Shown here piece by piece: positions 14,303 to 27,700 of a DNA stretch of 64,000 bases. Source of the stretch: Lytechinus pictus (lineage: Eukaryota). The stretch lies in NCBI RefSeq assembly GCF_037042905.1, contig NC_087246.1, forward strand, positions 4,404,001-4,468,000, in the 5' to 3' direction. The notes under the pieces are model-generated. The model made no database searches, was not told the origin of the DNA, and saw only the letters and a list, made by a program, of their open reading frames with translations. Position 1 is the first letter of the stretch, and every line of letters begins with the position of its first letter. A program made the position numbers and the translations under genes.

Positions 14303-14507
14303 CATTCTAAAATATATTGGGTAAAAATGCTCCATGTTTATCCAGTGTGGTGAAATTTTGGCCCATTTTAAAGTATAATTGGTGCTTGTTTTTTAACATC
14401 ACTGGATAGTATGCTTTCCGCATTGGGTAAAATACTGCCCCAAATTGGTTAAACACATAATTACCCTCTTGCTGGTTAGAAATTTTACCCAATATTTTTT
14501 TACAGTG
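14303..14507. mobile_element. CACT-type MITE, family A (inverted relative to 9158)
   Basis: Same TIR and internal sequence as 9158-9403, TSD TA. Confidence 0.85.
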
Positions 14508-14585
14508 TATTTAGATATTTACCGCAAAATATTACATGACAGTCACATTATATGCCAATGAGAGAACTTTAGGAAAGCCCTTTAA

Positions 14586-15183
14586 TGGGATGGTCCGGGC
14601 TGAAAATATTCATATCTAAATAAAAAGGGTGAAATTCACAGAGCAAAATGCTGAAAATTTCATCAAAATCGGATAACAAATAACGAAGTTATTGAATTCT
14701 AAACTTTATCAATATTTTGTGAAAACAGTTATATGCACATCGGCATGAATATTCATTAGGTGGGCTGATGATATCACATCCCCACTTTCCTTTTTATTAT
14801 GTTATTGCATGAAATCATAAATGTTTCATTTTTTCATACTTGTGTAAATAATGTGTCTTCATCATGATGAAACAGGTTGCGGCAATAACTGATGCATTTA
14901 ATAAGTTTTCAATCCAATTGTTTTAGTTCTTGGTAGAAATTTTTTTAATAAACCTAATTTCATGTAATAAAGTACAAAAGAACAAGTGGGGATATGACAT
15001 AATCAGCCCACCTAATGAATATTCATAGAGACATGCCTAGAACGGTTTCACCGGAATAATGCAAATCTTTAAAATTCATCAACTTCGTTATTTGTTATCC
15101 GGTTTTGATCAAATTTTCAGCATTTTGCTTTGAATTTTACTCTATTTATTGAGATAGAAATATCTCCAGCCTGGACTATCCCT
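14586..15183. mobile_element. Kolobok-like palindromic MITE
   Basis: TTAA on both sides. Long imperfect TIRs GGGATGGTCCGGGCTG / CAGCCTGGACTATCCC extend more than 200 bp inward. Confidence 0.85.
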
Positions 15184-18100
15184 TTAAGGCTTTGTGGGTA
15201 CAGTTCGCTCAAATATTACCTTGCGTTACAGGTATATCAGAATCTCTCCCCCATTCCCTATAAAAAAACATATCGAAATAATCCAACAAGGTATGTATAT
15301 ACACCAACACGCACACCCTAAGAACCAAACACACACACTCCACATATGACAGATCCATCAACCTTCAGAGAAATTAGATGCCAATGTATAGTTGGTATAA
15401 TATATTGAAAAATAGTAGACATTATAACAATACTTACAGGTGAACAGATAAATGATAATTATTCAATATTTCTTTAAATTGTAATAATTCTTTACATTCA
15501 ATAACACTATTTGGGAGGGAATTCCGTATGATAGGTAAACTATGAAGCACCGTGACTTCTGAGACAGTATACTCTGCACTTTCCACAGATGTTATAGATA
15601 TGAACTACGAGTATTATGATTGTGTATTTGATTCTATATAATAATAATGATAACAATTATGATGATAATAATAATAATAGTAACAATAATAATAATAAAA
15701 ATACATGATTTACCAAGTATCATGTCAGATCGCAAAGCCTGGAGTAGTAATGTTACGTCATTCTCGGATGCTTCCGATAAGAAGTAATAGTAAATAATGA
15801 TAATAAACAAATTAATCGAACAGAAGTCGAATATTGCTAATAAATTTAACTTTTCACTCTTACTAGTATCGATTAAATTCTTCAGAAAGTCACTTCTCAT
15901 TTACACTGATAGATTATATCATTCTAATATAGAATACGACACATACTGAAGGAAAGAACGGTCACCTCGAATTAAAATAATTCCCCATAATGTTCTTAAT
16001 ATCTAATCTTGTGTATTAGCTATTGGCATCGCTTCATGGACAAACGAATGACTTTCTCCAAGCATGAACTCGCGAAAAACCTTGAATTTCTGACATCGAA
16101 TATTGGTCGCCGTTCATGCTCGTATCTCATATCAAACTATGGAAAAAGAACTGGATAGAGTCTGTACATAATGGATCACCATGATAACTGAATATTGATC
16201 CACGTTAACTATTGAATTATACAGCATCGCTGGAGCAGTGCTGTTGTCAATTTGATACTGCTATATGGATTGCGCATCACATAATAATTCAATAAAGCGT
16301 CAAGAGAAAGAGAGAGGGAGGGGGGGGGGTGGGTAAAGAAAAAGAGGGGAAAAGGAAGGGGTATATAAAAGATGACTCGTTATTACATACCATTCTCGTT
16401 ATATCAAAAAGAAAAAATAGAATAAGCACTGTTTCCTCTTTTTCAGGATCAGAGGGTGGGGGGGGGGTCTCAAAGATACTGCAAAATATGATTGACAGTC
16501 ATCTTATTGTGTTTAATCTAGTTATTTGAAATCCATGTAAGACTGTAATGCAATAAGATTTTTTTTTTAATACGAGGGGCGCCATACTTGTACAAACTGC
16601 ATTTTACATGAATTTGCCATGTTTGATATCAACAATTATTTTAGTGTCAAGCGTTACTGTTTTATGATTAAGCAATCGGGAAGACTGAAGAAGAAGAAAA
16701 AAACAAACTGAGAGCACATCTTTCCCAGTAAGTACATTGGAAAATTATACATTGGGAATAGCGGGGTTTAATATGTACCAGGGTTTAATAACTGCACTCT
16801 CATTACAGATGTGAGACTTGGGGGCACTGTACCCTCCTAAATTCCTCGACCGACAAGAGGAAAAAGGGAAGGAACGAAAAGGGAAAAGCCTGTTAGAGTA
16901 AGGAAACATGGTAGAAGAATTATGAATTATTTGAGATATATAATTAATCGAGATATGAATGATACCATTCATAGAAATGTACTGTTTTCTGTGTTTATTA
17001 CACTGCATTCTATGAAGAAAATCCATTTGGAAACCATGGTTGCTTCCTTAAAAAAGATCTATCGAGTCACATGATGATGAGGGAATAAATTCTCCTGCAT
17101 GAGGCTTTGACATTGTGACACACACTGTAAATGCTGAAGACATTCGGGTCGCGTACCGCATATTTTGCGAAGTAAAACAACTCAATTTTAGATGAAAATA
17201 GTAAAGATGATAATGTTTTTATAAGGTATATACGAAAATAACCAGTGAGAGCGTGACCATATTATTATGACACCCTGCTAGACCTTTTAGTCATTGATAT
17301 AATTGTAGTATCAAGTCGGCGCGCTAAACCTGGTTTTTATCTGCAGTTCCTTGGTTTGGTATTTCGACATTCATTTTTATAAAACCATTTATTTTATAGT
17401 GTTCATTCTCAAAATGAAAATCGACATGATATACCCTTCTCCTCCTTAGATTAATTTTAGAGTGTAGTTGATGTACAAACGATTGGCAATGGATTATCGC
17501 ATGGCGTATTTTCGCAATAGGTACCACGTGACCACGATATGCGTGCCATGCCAGTTATCACGCGCTCCCTAAACGGTGATAACGAACATCAAAATGCAGA
17601 AGGCCCCGGGGTGTGTGGTGCTAATTTGCGGCACGAAGCAGCCATTAAGCTCCGTCGCATGCTACCCTTCCACAAATACACACACGCGTATATTGCCTCT
17701 CTCCCCCACATATACATACATCTTGCATTCCTAATCCATTGTTTTCACGAGACTTCAGTCGTCGCTATTACATGCTTATCAGTTCATGACGATTGTCAAA
17801 ATTTTGTTTTGCTCGCCTCTTCAATAGAGCCAGAAAGACACCTCTCGGTATTAGATAGAATACGGAATTGAAAGTTGTACCAATCTCGACATGTGTGCAT
17901 CCATGTTATGTATTTATATGATACGGTATCCATTTTCGAGTACAAGTGATTAAAATACCGTATTTCTGCTAGATTAGTATAAAAAACGGAATATCGACTA
18001 GAATGTATAGAACACAATAAAGAAAGACAGAGGCATGGTAAATTGATAACAATGATATAGGGATTTTGTTTTTACTAAAGAAAACTAAAAGTAAGAATAA

Positions 18101-18270
18101 AATGTAAGAAATGTAAATGAAAGAATGAATGGAGATAAATGCACTAATAAAATGTAATTTGCATTTTGTTGATGCACTTATATGAAAAAAATCAATCAAT
18201 CAATTACATAAAGCCAAGTGAATTGTAGCCTAAGCGTAGACAAAAACCTAAAAGATAGAAAATAAAACAG

Positions 18271-18438
18271 GTGGGTGTTTCATGAAAGTTGTCAGCACTG
18301 ACTACATTGTCAATGTTGACAATTTCAGTGAAATCCTTGGTTTTGATTGGCGGAAAGGCACTGGCCTCTGACTGTTACTATGGTAACTGTCGGAGAAAGA
18401 CCACTTGTCAGTGCTGACAACTTTCATGAAACGGTCCC
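18271..18438. mobile_element. Harbinger/PIF-like MITE
   Basis: TIR core GTTTCATGAAAGTTGTCAGCACTGAC and a 3-bp TSD CAG. Confidence 0.8.
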
Positions 18439-18474
18439 CAGGAAGGGGACAAGGAAATCTAGCTAGATCATAAT

Positions 18475-18604
18475 CAGGGGCCGTGGAACGGTTTTCAAAG
18501 TGGGGGGGGGGGGGGGACTGAGCCAAAAGTGGGGGGCTGACCATGCAAAAAATCACAATAATATGATAATTTTTACGTTTTTGTACACGCTTCCGCAGCC
18601 CCTG
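18475..18604. mobile_element. Small hAT-like MITE
   Basis: TIR CAGGGGCCGTGGAA / TTCCGCAGCCCCTG, a poly-G tract, and a degenerate 8-bp TSD ATCATAAT/ATAATAAC. Confidence 0.6.
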
Positions 18605-20397
18605 ATAATAACATAAATTATTATAATTATACTGTCCTCATACGTGTGATATTATTATTTAACGTTGACACTGATATCTCCACGTAAAAACTCTTTTATC
18701 TGGTTAGGATTTTCTCTTTGTGTTTCTTAAAATTCGGTAAGAAAATCTCATTCAAACCACAAGCGTAATCTTAGCCCAGCGGCTAAAGTATTGATGCTCT
18801 AGCCTACACTTCAAAATGTACAACCTGAATTGACACGGAATAACTCATTCTAATTCGTACATGCACACCATCACACACACACCATCAGACACACACCCAC
18901 ATATACCCACGCACTCACACATATATTCGTAAAGTTTAAAAAGTGACGAGAATCTTTAGAAGAGATGAGCCAAGAAAATAATTATTTGAACATATACCTC
19001 ATGCAAAATCATTGAAGGATTTTTTTGGTTTCTCGCATTTCAGGAAGGAATTTCAATTGAGACAGACATAAATCGTTTGTCTTAGTGAAGTATCTATATA
19101 AAAGCTGATATTTTGTTTGGTGTTGAGTTGCTTTATAAAACAAATTGGCAACATAATGTCAATCTTTAAAGAATAAATTGACAAAAGAGCAAATTTAAAG
19201 TAACTTTAGAGTGAGTTTGGAAAAAGCACAAGTAAATTATTATTTTTTAAATTTCCACCAAGTAAACTCCTCAAAATTTTGAGAAGTTTATTTGGTGAAA
19301 GTAAAAATAAAATCAATCGTATCAAATCCGCTCTCCTTAACCTCAATCTTAGACTAATTAACATTGCTACTACCACTATATCTTTAAAGACGTATTTTCA
19401 AATTAATATCATTTATGATTTATAGTGTGACGTTATACATGTACTTGGCCAAGAAGTCTGGTCATAGCCTGTTGCTCCTTGAGCGTTAAAGTGTCATTAG
19501 CATGAAAGGCAAGAACTTCGTATAGTGTGTGAACCCTGATCTTGCAGTACACTCAAACTCTATTTGCACAGACATGACAGAGGTCTCTATTACTCCATTA
19601 CCTCACGGCAGTGTAGCAGCGATAACCTTCATGGCCAGTCGTTTGTTCATGTTTTCTTAGATCAGCATCCGATTGCTTATATTATGGGAGTTGGCGCCAC
19701 CCAAAATTTACTGCAGGGAATGTGTGCGAATTCATATGGAAATGAAATGTATCCAATTCTTTAAATTAAGGTTGTTTATAGCTTTCTGTCAAACATCCAT
19801 AGGCCTACACGATGTTGAGAAATCTACTTATCCCGGGGGGGGGGGGGGAAGGGGTCAATTCCATTGACGAGTAGATCTATAAAAAAAAATTACCATGATA
19901 AATTGTATATAGCCTGTGAAAAATTGCTACTTCTAGGACCACTGGAAATGTTCTCACTATGAATGACAATGATATTAAGTATTTTTAAAATCATTCTCAC
20001 GGCGCACCAAGAAATCTACAGTAGATATCTTTGATATATACCATTTTAGAATACAATATTTATTGGGGTCCGCATAGACTTCTTAGTTTTAATGAAAGCA
20101 TGACATGAGCAAAACACGTATTCATTAAATGATTGGTAAATGAACAGAGTAACAGAGTTTCTTTCACATCTGAAAAAAATACACACTTACCACACAAACG
20201 CATTGACATTGTGATGTCACATTTGAGTAGCTCCCCCATTTTTTAATATATGGAATATAAAACCAATGAAATGCCATTTCCTAGAAAGTTGAAATAACTT
20301 GTTATTCTTGCATGTCACACAAACTTTACACCCCTTAATGATTTATTTTGTAATCTTGAACCATAAAAAATGTAATTTATCGAAGTGATATCACATG

Positions 20398-20629
20398 CAC
20401 TTTTAAAAGAGTTGGGCAAAAAAAATGCCCAAATGTTAACCAACCCTGGGCAACATACTGTCCACACAACTATTGGTTAAAATCTGCCCAAATTGGGTAA
20501 TAAAAAGTAATAATTGGGTAATAGATTTGCTCAATTTGATAATAATTGCCCAGAATATACATGTATATATATTATCAACATACATAACCCGACACAGTGG
20601 ATAGTATTTTGCCCAACATTTTAAGTGTG
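20398..20629. mobile_element. CAC-type MITE, family B (inverted relative to 9568)
   Basis: Reverse-complement homology to 9568-9790, TSD TG. Confidence 0.8.
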
Positions 20630-21765
20630 TGAAATATGAAGCAATTGCTCGTATGTGACATCACAAAATCAGAATATTGAAAAGCCATAGCTTTTTGATG
20701 CTTTCAAAAAGGGATATTTGTCAAACCATCCTTTATGTTTTTTTCTCTTATTTCACTTTGATTTTATGACGTACTGAAGCATGTAGGTATCACTAATTAT
20801 TGTCAAGAATTGATCTCATAATGAGAAGTGATGGTACACGGATATGAAAATGCACAAACAACTGCAAACGACAAAAATGCATGTTTGTGTTTGACGTGTA
20901 ACTCTTCATTCAACAGTTCAATATCTGAAAGTAATTGTTTTGATAATAAGTATTGACACTGATAGAGGAAGAAATCTATTCAAATGCAGTTTTATGACGA
21001 CAATACAATACTGAGGAGTGATATATCAGAATAAACTTTGGCTTAATAAAGATATAGTTGTGAAAAAAGGAAGATGTCTAGTAAGCCTATAGTGTATAGG
21101 GATGATGATTAGAAGTCTGGGAATAGGATTACCATGAAACCTATTAAAGATATCTAATAAACATACAATGAAGTATAGGTGAGGATATGTGTGTGTGTGT
21201 GACTAATCGTAAGTGTGGGAGTTGTGTGCGCGCGTTTCTCTGTGTGCATTTAAATATGAATATTAAATACATCTTCACATATACGTATTACCTTAAAATG
21301 AAATACGATGTGTAGCAAATACAAATAATTAAAAACATCCTGTGTAAGCGTCGACTTGGTCATATAAACCTTTTTTTAAAGAAATCCCAATACAAATCTC
21401 TACTGAAATTAAAGTCACACTTGTAAGATCTGAGTAAAAATTGGTAAATTCCTTTCCGATACTACGAAGAAAAATAGAGTTTTATAGAGATTTTCACTTT
21501 TTATAGAATAGTGTTTATTATTATTTTTTTTATCATAGTGCAAACAAAATTATCAAATCATGGTTGTGACAGTCATATGAAATAATACAGTTTCGATACA
21601 AAATAGTCAAAATACAGAAATCGTATACATGAACAGTCGTGATATGCTCTGAGAGAAAAGTGAGTTTGAAATCATTGAGAAAGAAAAAAAAAATAGATAT
21701 AAATCAAAATACATCCAAAATACGTAAAACGTACTTAACACAACAATACTCATATGATATAACAT

Positions 21766-21862
21766 CATGGCCCTGGAAAGCGGGAGTGCTTCAGCACCCC
21801 CAAGATTTTCCCTGGGGTGCTGCGTGTATTCATTTCCATATACAGTAGGCAGCACCCCCATG
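21766..21862 (-). mobile_element. MITE fragment
   Basis: Reverse-complement match to ~12220-12310 (GGGGGTGCT/AGCACCCCC motifs). Confidence 0.6.
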
Positions 21863-22179
21863 AGTTTTTCTACATTATATCAAAATTAGATTAGACTAAA
21901 AACTATCAAAATATCATGATTAAAAGGAAAAAATGCAAGGAGCTGCTACATTCTCTTAAAAAAGCAGAAGGCCTTCTAGCACCCCTCATATTTTAGATGA
22001 AATCTATAATAGAAAATAATTATACTAAAGTGTGTTTTATTTTTTGTTCTGAAGCATTACAGGGATAGTCATTAACTTTACCTGGGTCGAATGCACGACA
22101 ATATGGATTAAACAAAGAATATTATTTAAGATTCTCTTGTACGTGTATAAATAATTTCATGATCATGTACCAATGTACG

Positions 22180-22494
22180 TTTATTAAGGGGGCACTTCAG
22201 CTTCACAATCCTAAACGAGAAAGTTTGCGTTCATGTAGAGATCTTTATCGACTAACCTATCAGGCAACCCGGAGCAACTTCGGGTGAACGTAGTTTTACT
22301 GTTGCTGCGGCAAAAGAATGGAACAAGCTTCCCATTACATTGAGATCTGAAACTTCTCTTCATAGATTTAAGAAACAGTTGAAAACTTACTTGGATCCAA
22401 TATAGATGTAGCCGTTTAGTTGTAAATTGATCTAAAGTGTAAACGCTATGATAGAGTGTACGTTGTATAGCGTTCCTAAATGCCTTATTTATTA
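22180..22494 (+). mobile_element. 3' end of an L2/CR1-group LINE
   Basis: From 22283 it reads GERSFTVAAAKEWNKLPITLRSETSLHRFKKQLKTYLDPI*, a typical ORF2 C-terminus. An L2-like stem-loop tail and TTA-rich end follow. Confidence 0.8.
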
Positions 22495-23229
22495 TGGATC
22501 AATTTAAAGATCGTGTAGGCCTAAATTATTCTATCATCTACAACCTCACCACTGTGAACCCATTGGTCTTCTCTTCTTCTTAACCACTAGAAGTGAAGGA
22601 TCTGAACAGATGTGAAACTTTTAATTTAACCCCCGTGTCGTAAAGCAATAGACGCAACATTTTCAAATAGTCAAGTTCGTAACCGTCGAGCACGTAAAAA
22701 TCACCCCCAATTCTTTTAATCCATTGTCCATGGGAGAGGAAAACACATGTGAGATTTTTCCCCACCATCGAGAGCTTTTATGATATTTAGAGGGCATAAG
22801 CAATTTACTTTGCCAGGCGTGCAGGTGTATGCAACATGTCACGATACAGCGTTCCATTTCCTTGCCATTTTTTTTATTAGAAATGTAATTTTAGGTCCAT
22901 TATTTCGTATCGTTTATTCTAGCGTTGAAGGGCATTTACTATGTCCACTTCGTAGGCCGATCCAAAATCTTGGTTTTCTGCGTCTTGATGCATGGCGACA
23001 TGACAGTGCGCCAGATGATGTCATTTTAAATTCAGAGAAATAGATAGAGAGACGTAGGGAGAGAAAGAAAGAGAAAGAGGGTAGAAAAGCCTCAATCAGG
23101 TGTGGGATTTGTGTGTGAGTTATACAATGCGAGAGTTTGTGTGTGAGTTTGAATTTTCGCATGCATTGTAAACACGCGTAGTGTGTGTGAGTGTGTACGT
23201 GTTCATTTGTAATTGTGCATTCACACACA

Positions 23230-23584
23230 CACACACATGCTGGTTCTTAATCCCTGTATCTACGTCAGAGAGGCTCAGTTGAGTATCAGAGAGCGGTACC
23301 GTTAAGACGTGTTACCCTAACTAGAGTACGAGGCTGGCCCTCGTACACCTTAAAATAATCCAAACTGACGAGGTAGCAGGATCTACCGTTTATTTATAAA
23401 ACCCGGGCGCTGGTTTCGTCGCGGGAACATAACAATATATAGAAGAAGAAATATATATCATATTTTTATACAACGTAGTCATCTTTAGAAGAAATTGTAG
23501 TGTTCCATCATTCATCAAGCATCACCTTCCCACCACTATCATCATCATCACCATCGGTCAGGGCTGGACCCTTACAAGGTGAGT
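23230..23584 (+). promoter_or_regulatory. Candidate distal promoter and non-coding first exon of the NR gene
   Basis: Locally CpG-rich, with TGACG/CGTCA half sites, a TATA-like TATTTATAAAA at 23391, and a consensus donor AAG|GTGAGT at 23578/23579. Confidence 0.45.
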
Positions 23585-24714
23585 CTTTCCTTTTCAGTTG
23601 ATGCTCAGCTGTGAATGTTGGATCAAGGATTTGTTATTCCTAGATTCTACATCAGATTGTAGGAGGTACTATCTTTTAAGCATCATCTCCTTGTTATTGA
23701 TATTTAATTAATTCTATTAGCGATTGATGTCATGATGGGTCTGTGATAATGAATAATGTGCGGTTAGAATACTGAAGACGTGGGGGTGTGGGTCTGAGAA
23801 AGGGTGAGAGTATTTCTTCGCGACCGCTGGAACCATTTTACATTGATAGAATGAGGATGTGGTCGACAAGAAACATCTTTCTTCCATTTCATATGTAACC
23901 CAATGTGGTGTAAGGTGATAATGCTGGTTTTGCAGAGTAGAGTTGGGTTTCATTCCACATATCTATTAAAGATATCTTTTATATTCTGAACAAAATGAAA
24001 TTTGGTTGATAATGATATTGCAATGACTACAAAATATTTTTATTTGCCTTTTTGCACCACTGGGGGGGGGGGGGGGTCGTTGAATTTCCAGAATAAGCGT
24101 TGTGGTGCATCAACAACCTTAATACATTTAATAGTCAATTTTAGTTCCTCCCATCGTGACGAAAATTTTCTTTGGTGTTCCATTTTTTTCTTCAAACCTT
24201 GCTTTCTTTAAATGCAGATCTACAATAACAAATGTATATTTCGGTAAATGCATTTTTGATGCTTAATTTTGGTGAAAGATTTTCTGTATGTGCTCACTTT
24301 CTCATATGTTGTCTGCTGTTGATTTATATTTGGAGCATTGAATGTAAAGATATTGGTCTACATTTGGACACTCTCTCCCGTGTCTCTACCAATTTTCTCG
24401 TCATATGGAATTTCTTGGTTGAAATGATCATGCATTCATTTTTGGGGTATAGATTTCATGAATAGGTTCACGTTCATGTATATTAAACCAGCGGACCACT
24501 ATTTTTCCATTATGATATAGTCAGTTTGCCGCAATTCTGTTAACATTCTGATGAATAAATAAAAGTACATCAAGATTCTACCATTCTACATGCTTATGGA
24601 TTGATTCATAATATGCAGGAAAACGTATGATAATGATGTCATTATTTGAGTATACGCCATATCACCCAAAATAGTTATGACGGTCTGTCAATAGGACCAA
24701 AGAGCACGTATGGG

Positions 24715-24792
24715 TGTATCAACTATCATTTTATTGAGTTCAATGAGGTACATTTGTATCAACTATCATTTTATTGAGTTCAATGAGGTACA
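24715..24792. repeat. 38-bp exact tandem duplication (40-bp period)
   Basis: TGTATCAACTATCATTTTATTGAGTTCAATGAGGTACA at 24715 and 24755. Confidence 0.95.
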
Positions 24793-27700
24793 CTCTCTCG
24801 GGGTTGCGATGCTTAGTCTGTAACTCCTTGGTTTATTAACAGTCATGGCGTTTCATTCAACTCCATATTTTTCTACAACCAGTCCTCCAATTTCCACCTG
24901 ACCGAATGACGAGTTCGGCTAAATCCCTCATAGTTCATTTCGGCTAAGAAATTAGACCAACAATTAATTGGGTAAAGTGATAATTGAGACAAGTGGTTAT
25001 CTGTTAGATACTATCATGACTATAACAATCAGATAAATTACCGGAAAGGCAAAATCAAACGTGGTTTAAAAGGGGTTAGACTGAATGAAGATGGGCAAAA
25101 CTGAAATAAGACCAAGTAATCATGGAGCATAAAACAATTCTCACCCTAAAATTCGTTGACCGGAAGCGCAGCATAAAGCAAGTATTATTTTGAATGGATA
25201 GTCACAATAACAGAAAGTTCTCTGCTTCTTATAATGTTCGTTTCAAAAACTGTTACAAAGATTATATGAATGAAAGTAGATGAAAAGACTTTCTTTACCA
25301 TTGACGATGGCTATTCTGTCGACCATTAACTGAGCATTGCCCTGAATATGCCCTAAAAGTCAATGCATACAATAAACAACAAGGCATTTTATATGTCTTT
25401 TCATTTTCATGTGCATTATGGGTGAGTCGATGATGTCAAAGGCGCATTATGATAAAATATGGAACTCAAATATTTGAAGTTTTATTTTTTTTTAAATGCC
25501 AGAAGATAGGCACGATAAGAGAGAGTGTTGCGTTATTGTCGTTGCGTAAAAGTTATTACCCATGTTACATGTTATTTTGAGACGACTTTGAAAATTAATA
25601 GATTTATAACAGATTCAGTGTTATATAATACAACATTGGATTTCGCTTTATCAACTTGATTTTTAAGATGCATGTGGCCATTAAAGTACGTAATAATTAT
25701 TGGTAAATTCAATGATTATTCATTGTCAAAGTTTAAGTCATGGTAAGATGAAAAGAAATCTACATCATGAGACATGATGTGTAAATGAAACCATTTTTAT
25801 CTACGTTTAGACTATAAGTGGGTCTCTATTATTTTCATCCTTCATAATATAAAACCAGCTCCCTGGAGTTAGAGAGACCGTTCAGGACATGCAACATCCG
25901 TTTACAAATAATATAGATCAATAAAAGACAAATATTTATAATTGCCTTTTCAGTTTATTGAGAAAAATAAGAGCGATTTCATGTATATATTGGCATGTGT
26001 TGACTGAATCTAAATAATTGGTGAAAGTTGTTGAAGTTTCATATGACATGAAAGTAATCACTACTTGTTACGACCAGATATTTTAATGTAAGCATATAGG
26101 CACTATATGTCCGATGTAATTCGCGTTATCGAATGTTTTCCAAAGCTTTGGAAAGGAATATAAAACCACATGCGCTGATAGTATAGAAATTGAATCAAGA
26201 ATGTATATTAATACTGAAATGATATGAGGAAATGAGCTCACAGGTTGCCATTAGCTATTGGCATCTTTTCTTAACATAGGAGTGTGGACAGCGGTGAAGT
26301 CATTTAAATCTCATAGATCTTTTGATATCAGAGTGATTTCCGTCGTAGTTGATAGTGATTCTATAGTAGATTAACAATTAAACTTGATCTTTAACAAATT
26401 GGGGTACCTGTGTTCTGTCTATCACACGAAGGAAAGGATATCATGTAATTTGCATACGATGCCCGTCCATGATGAAAACGAGTTCGATTCTTGCTGTGTG
26501 TGTTAAAAAACTCACACGTGACTATGACGTATGTCCGTCCAGAACGCTCTTGGGTCGATTCAACAAAAAAGGAGAGGCGGAGAGAGAGAAACAAAAAACA
26601 ATATCGGGATCAATATAATACTCCGATGTCTGCTGGCATGTATCGTTAAAGGAAAAGAGATGCATAAGGATATTTGAATCATATTTCATTTTCTAATTAG
26701 ATTTTGAATGATCATCAACCCTTGTCCTTGATCATGTTGCTGATTATGATGCCGTAGCTTGGCAACAAATTCAATACCGCCAAAGGGGTAACCAGCGGCC
26801 ATCTTTAGTCTTTTTGAATAATCATACAAACTAGCTTTAAGAATCCGGGCTTCTGTCACCCCCACAAGATCCCGAAGGTTTAATATAATCCGTAATAATC
26901 CCCGAAGCATAACAATTATTGAAAGGTTATAGAGCAGGTTCGGCTCCAGCATTTTTCTGAAGGTGTGCATGTTGTCACCAAATTTTGACAAGCCCCCCCC
27001 AAAAAAAAAAAAAAAAAAAACAGGTCATCATTCACAAATTGAAAAATTGAAAAAAAAAAGAATCAAGTAGACACTAATGAGGGCATTTCCCCCCAAAAAA
27101 AACTTCACACGCAAATAAAAGGTCATCCCTCTCACAAATAAAGGCGCTTTGGATTCTTCTCCCCCTTTTTATGGGATGCGCCCGCACATCCCCCACCCCC
27201 TATGGATCCGCGCCTGAAGAGTAAGCAAGATGCTAGGTAAGATATATAGTATTGATCGAATGCATGGGCAACGACATCCTCTCGCGTGCGATCGAATGGA
27301 GAATGAAATTTCACTATTCACAATCTTTCCCCCATCCTTTCTCTCCTCTCTTCCATATAGGATATACCATTCTCATTATCCTGTGGCTTGCCATGTGATG
27401 GGTTGAGGAAGAAAAAAAAAACCCTTTAAGGTTGTGGTCAAGTGTGAACCATGTTCATTTATATTCAGCATACGCGCAAGAGGGAGGGGGTGGAGATGGA
27501 GAAACGAAGATATAGCATAGACTAAGACGGTGAAATATTTTTGATTGCGGTAAAATTTAATCATAATAATTATACACAAAAAAGCACGTGATTTTATAAA
27601 CTTTGATATATCATGTGTACTGAGACATGGAGATTTCTATACACAAACTAAGATAATTTAAACAGATAAAGGCCCTATAAAAATTGAAATATTAGTCGAT

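Noticed and set aside
17539..17871. 110-aa ORF in a GC-richer patch
   Set aside because: No domain or splice support. It is more likely non-coding, perhaps regulatory, but I cannot support that from the sequence.
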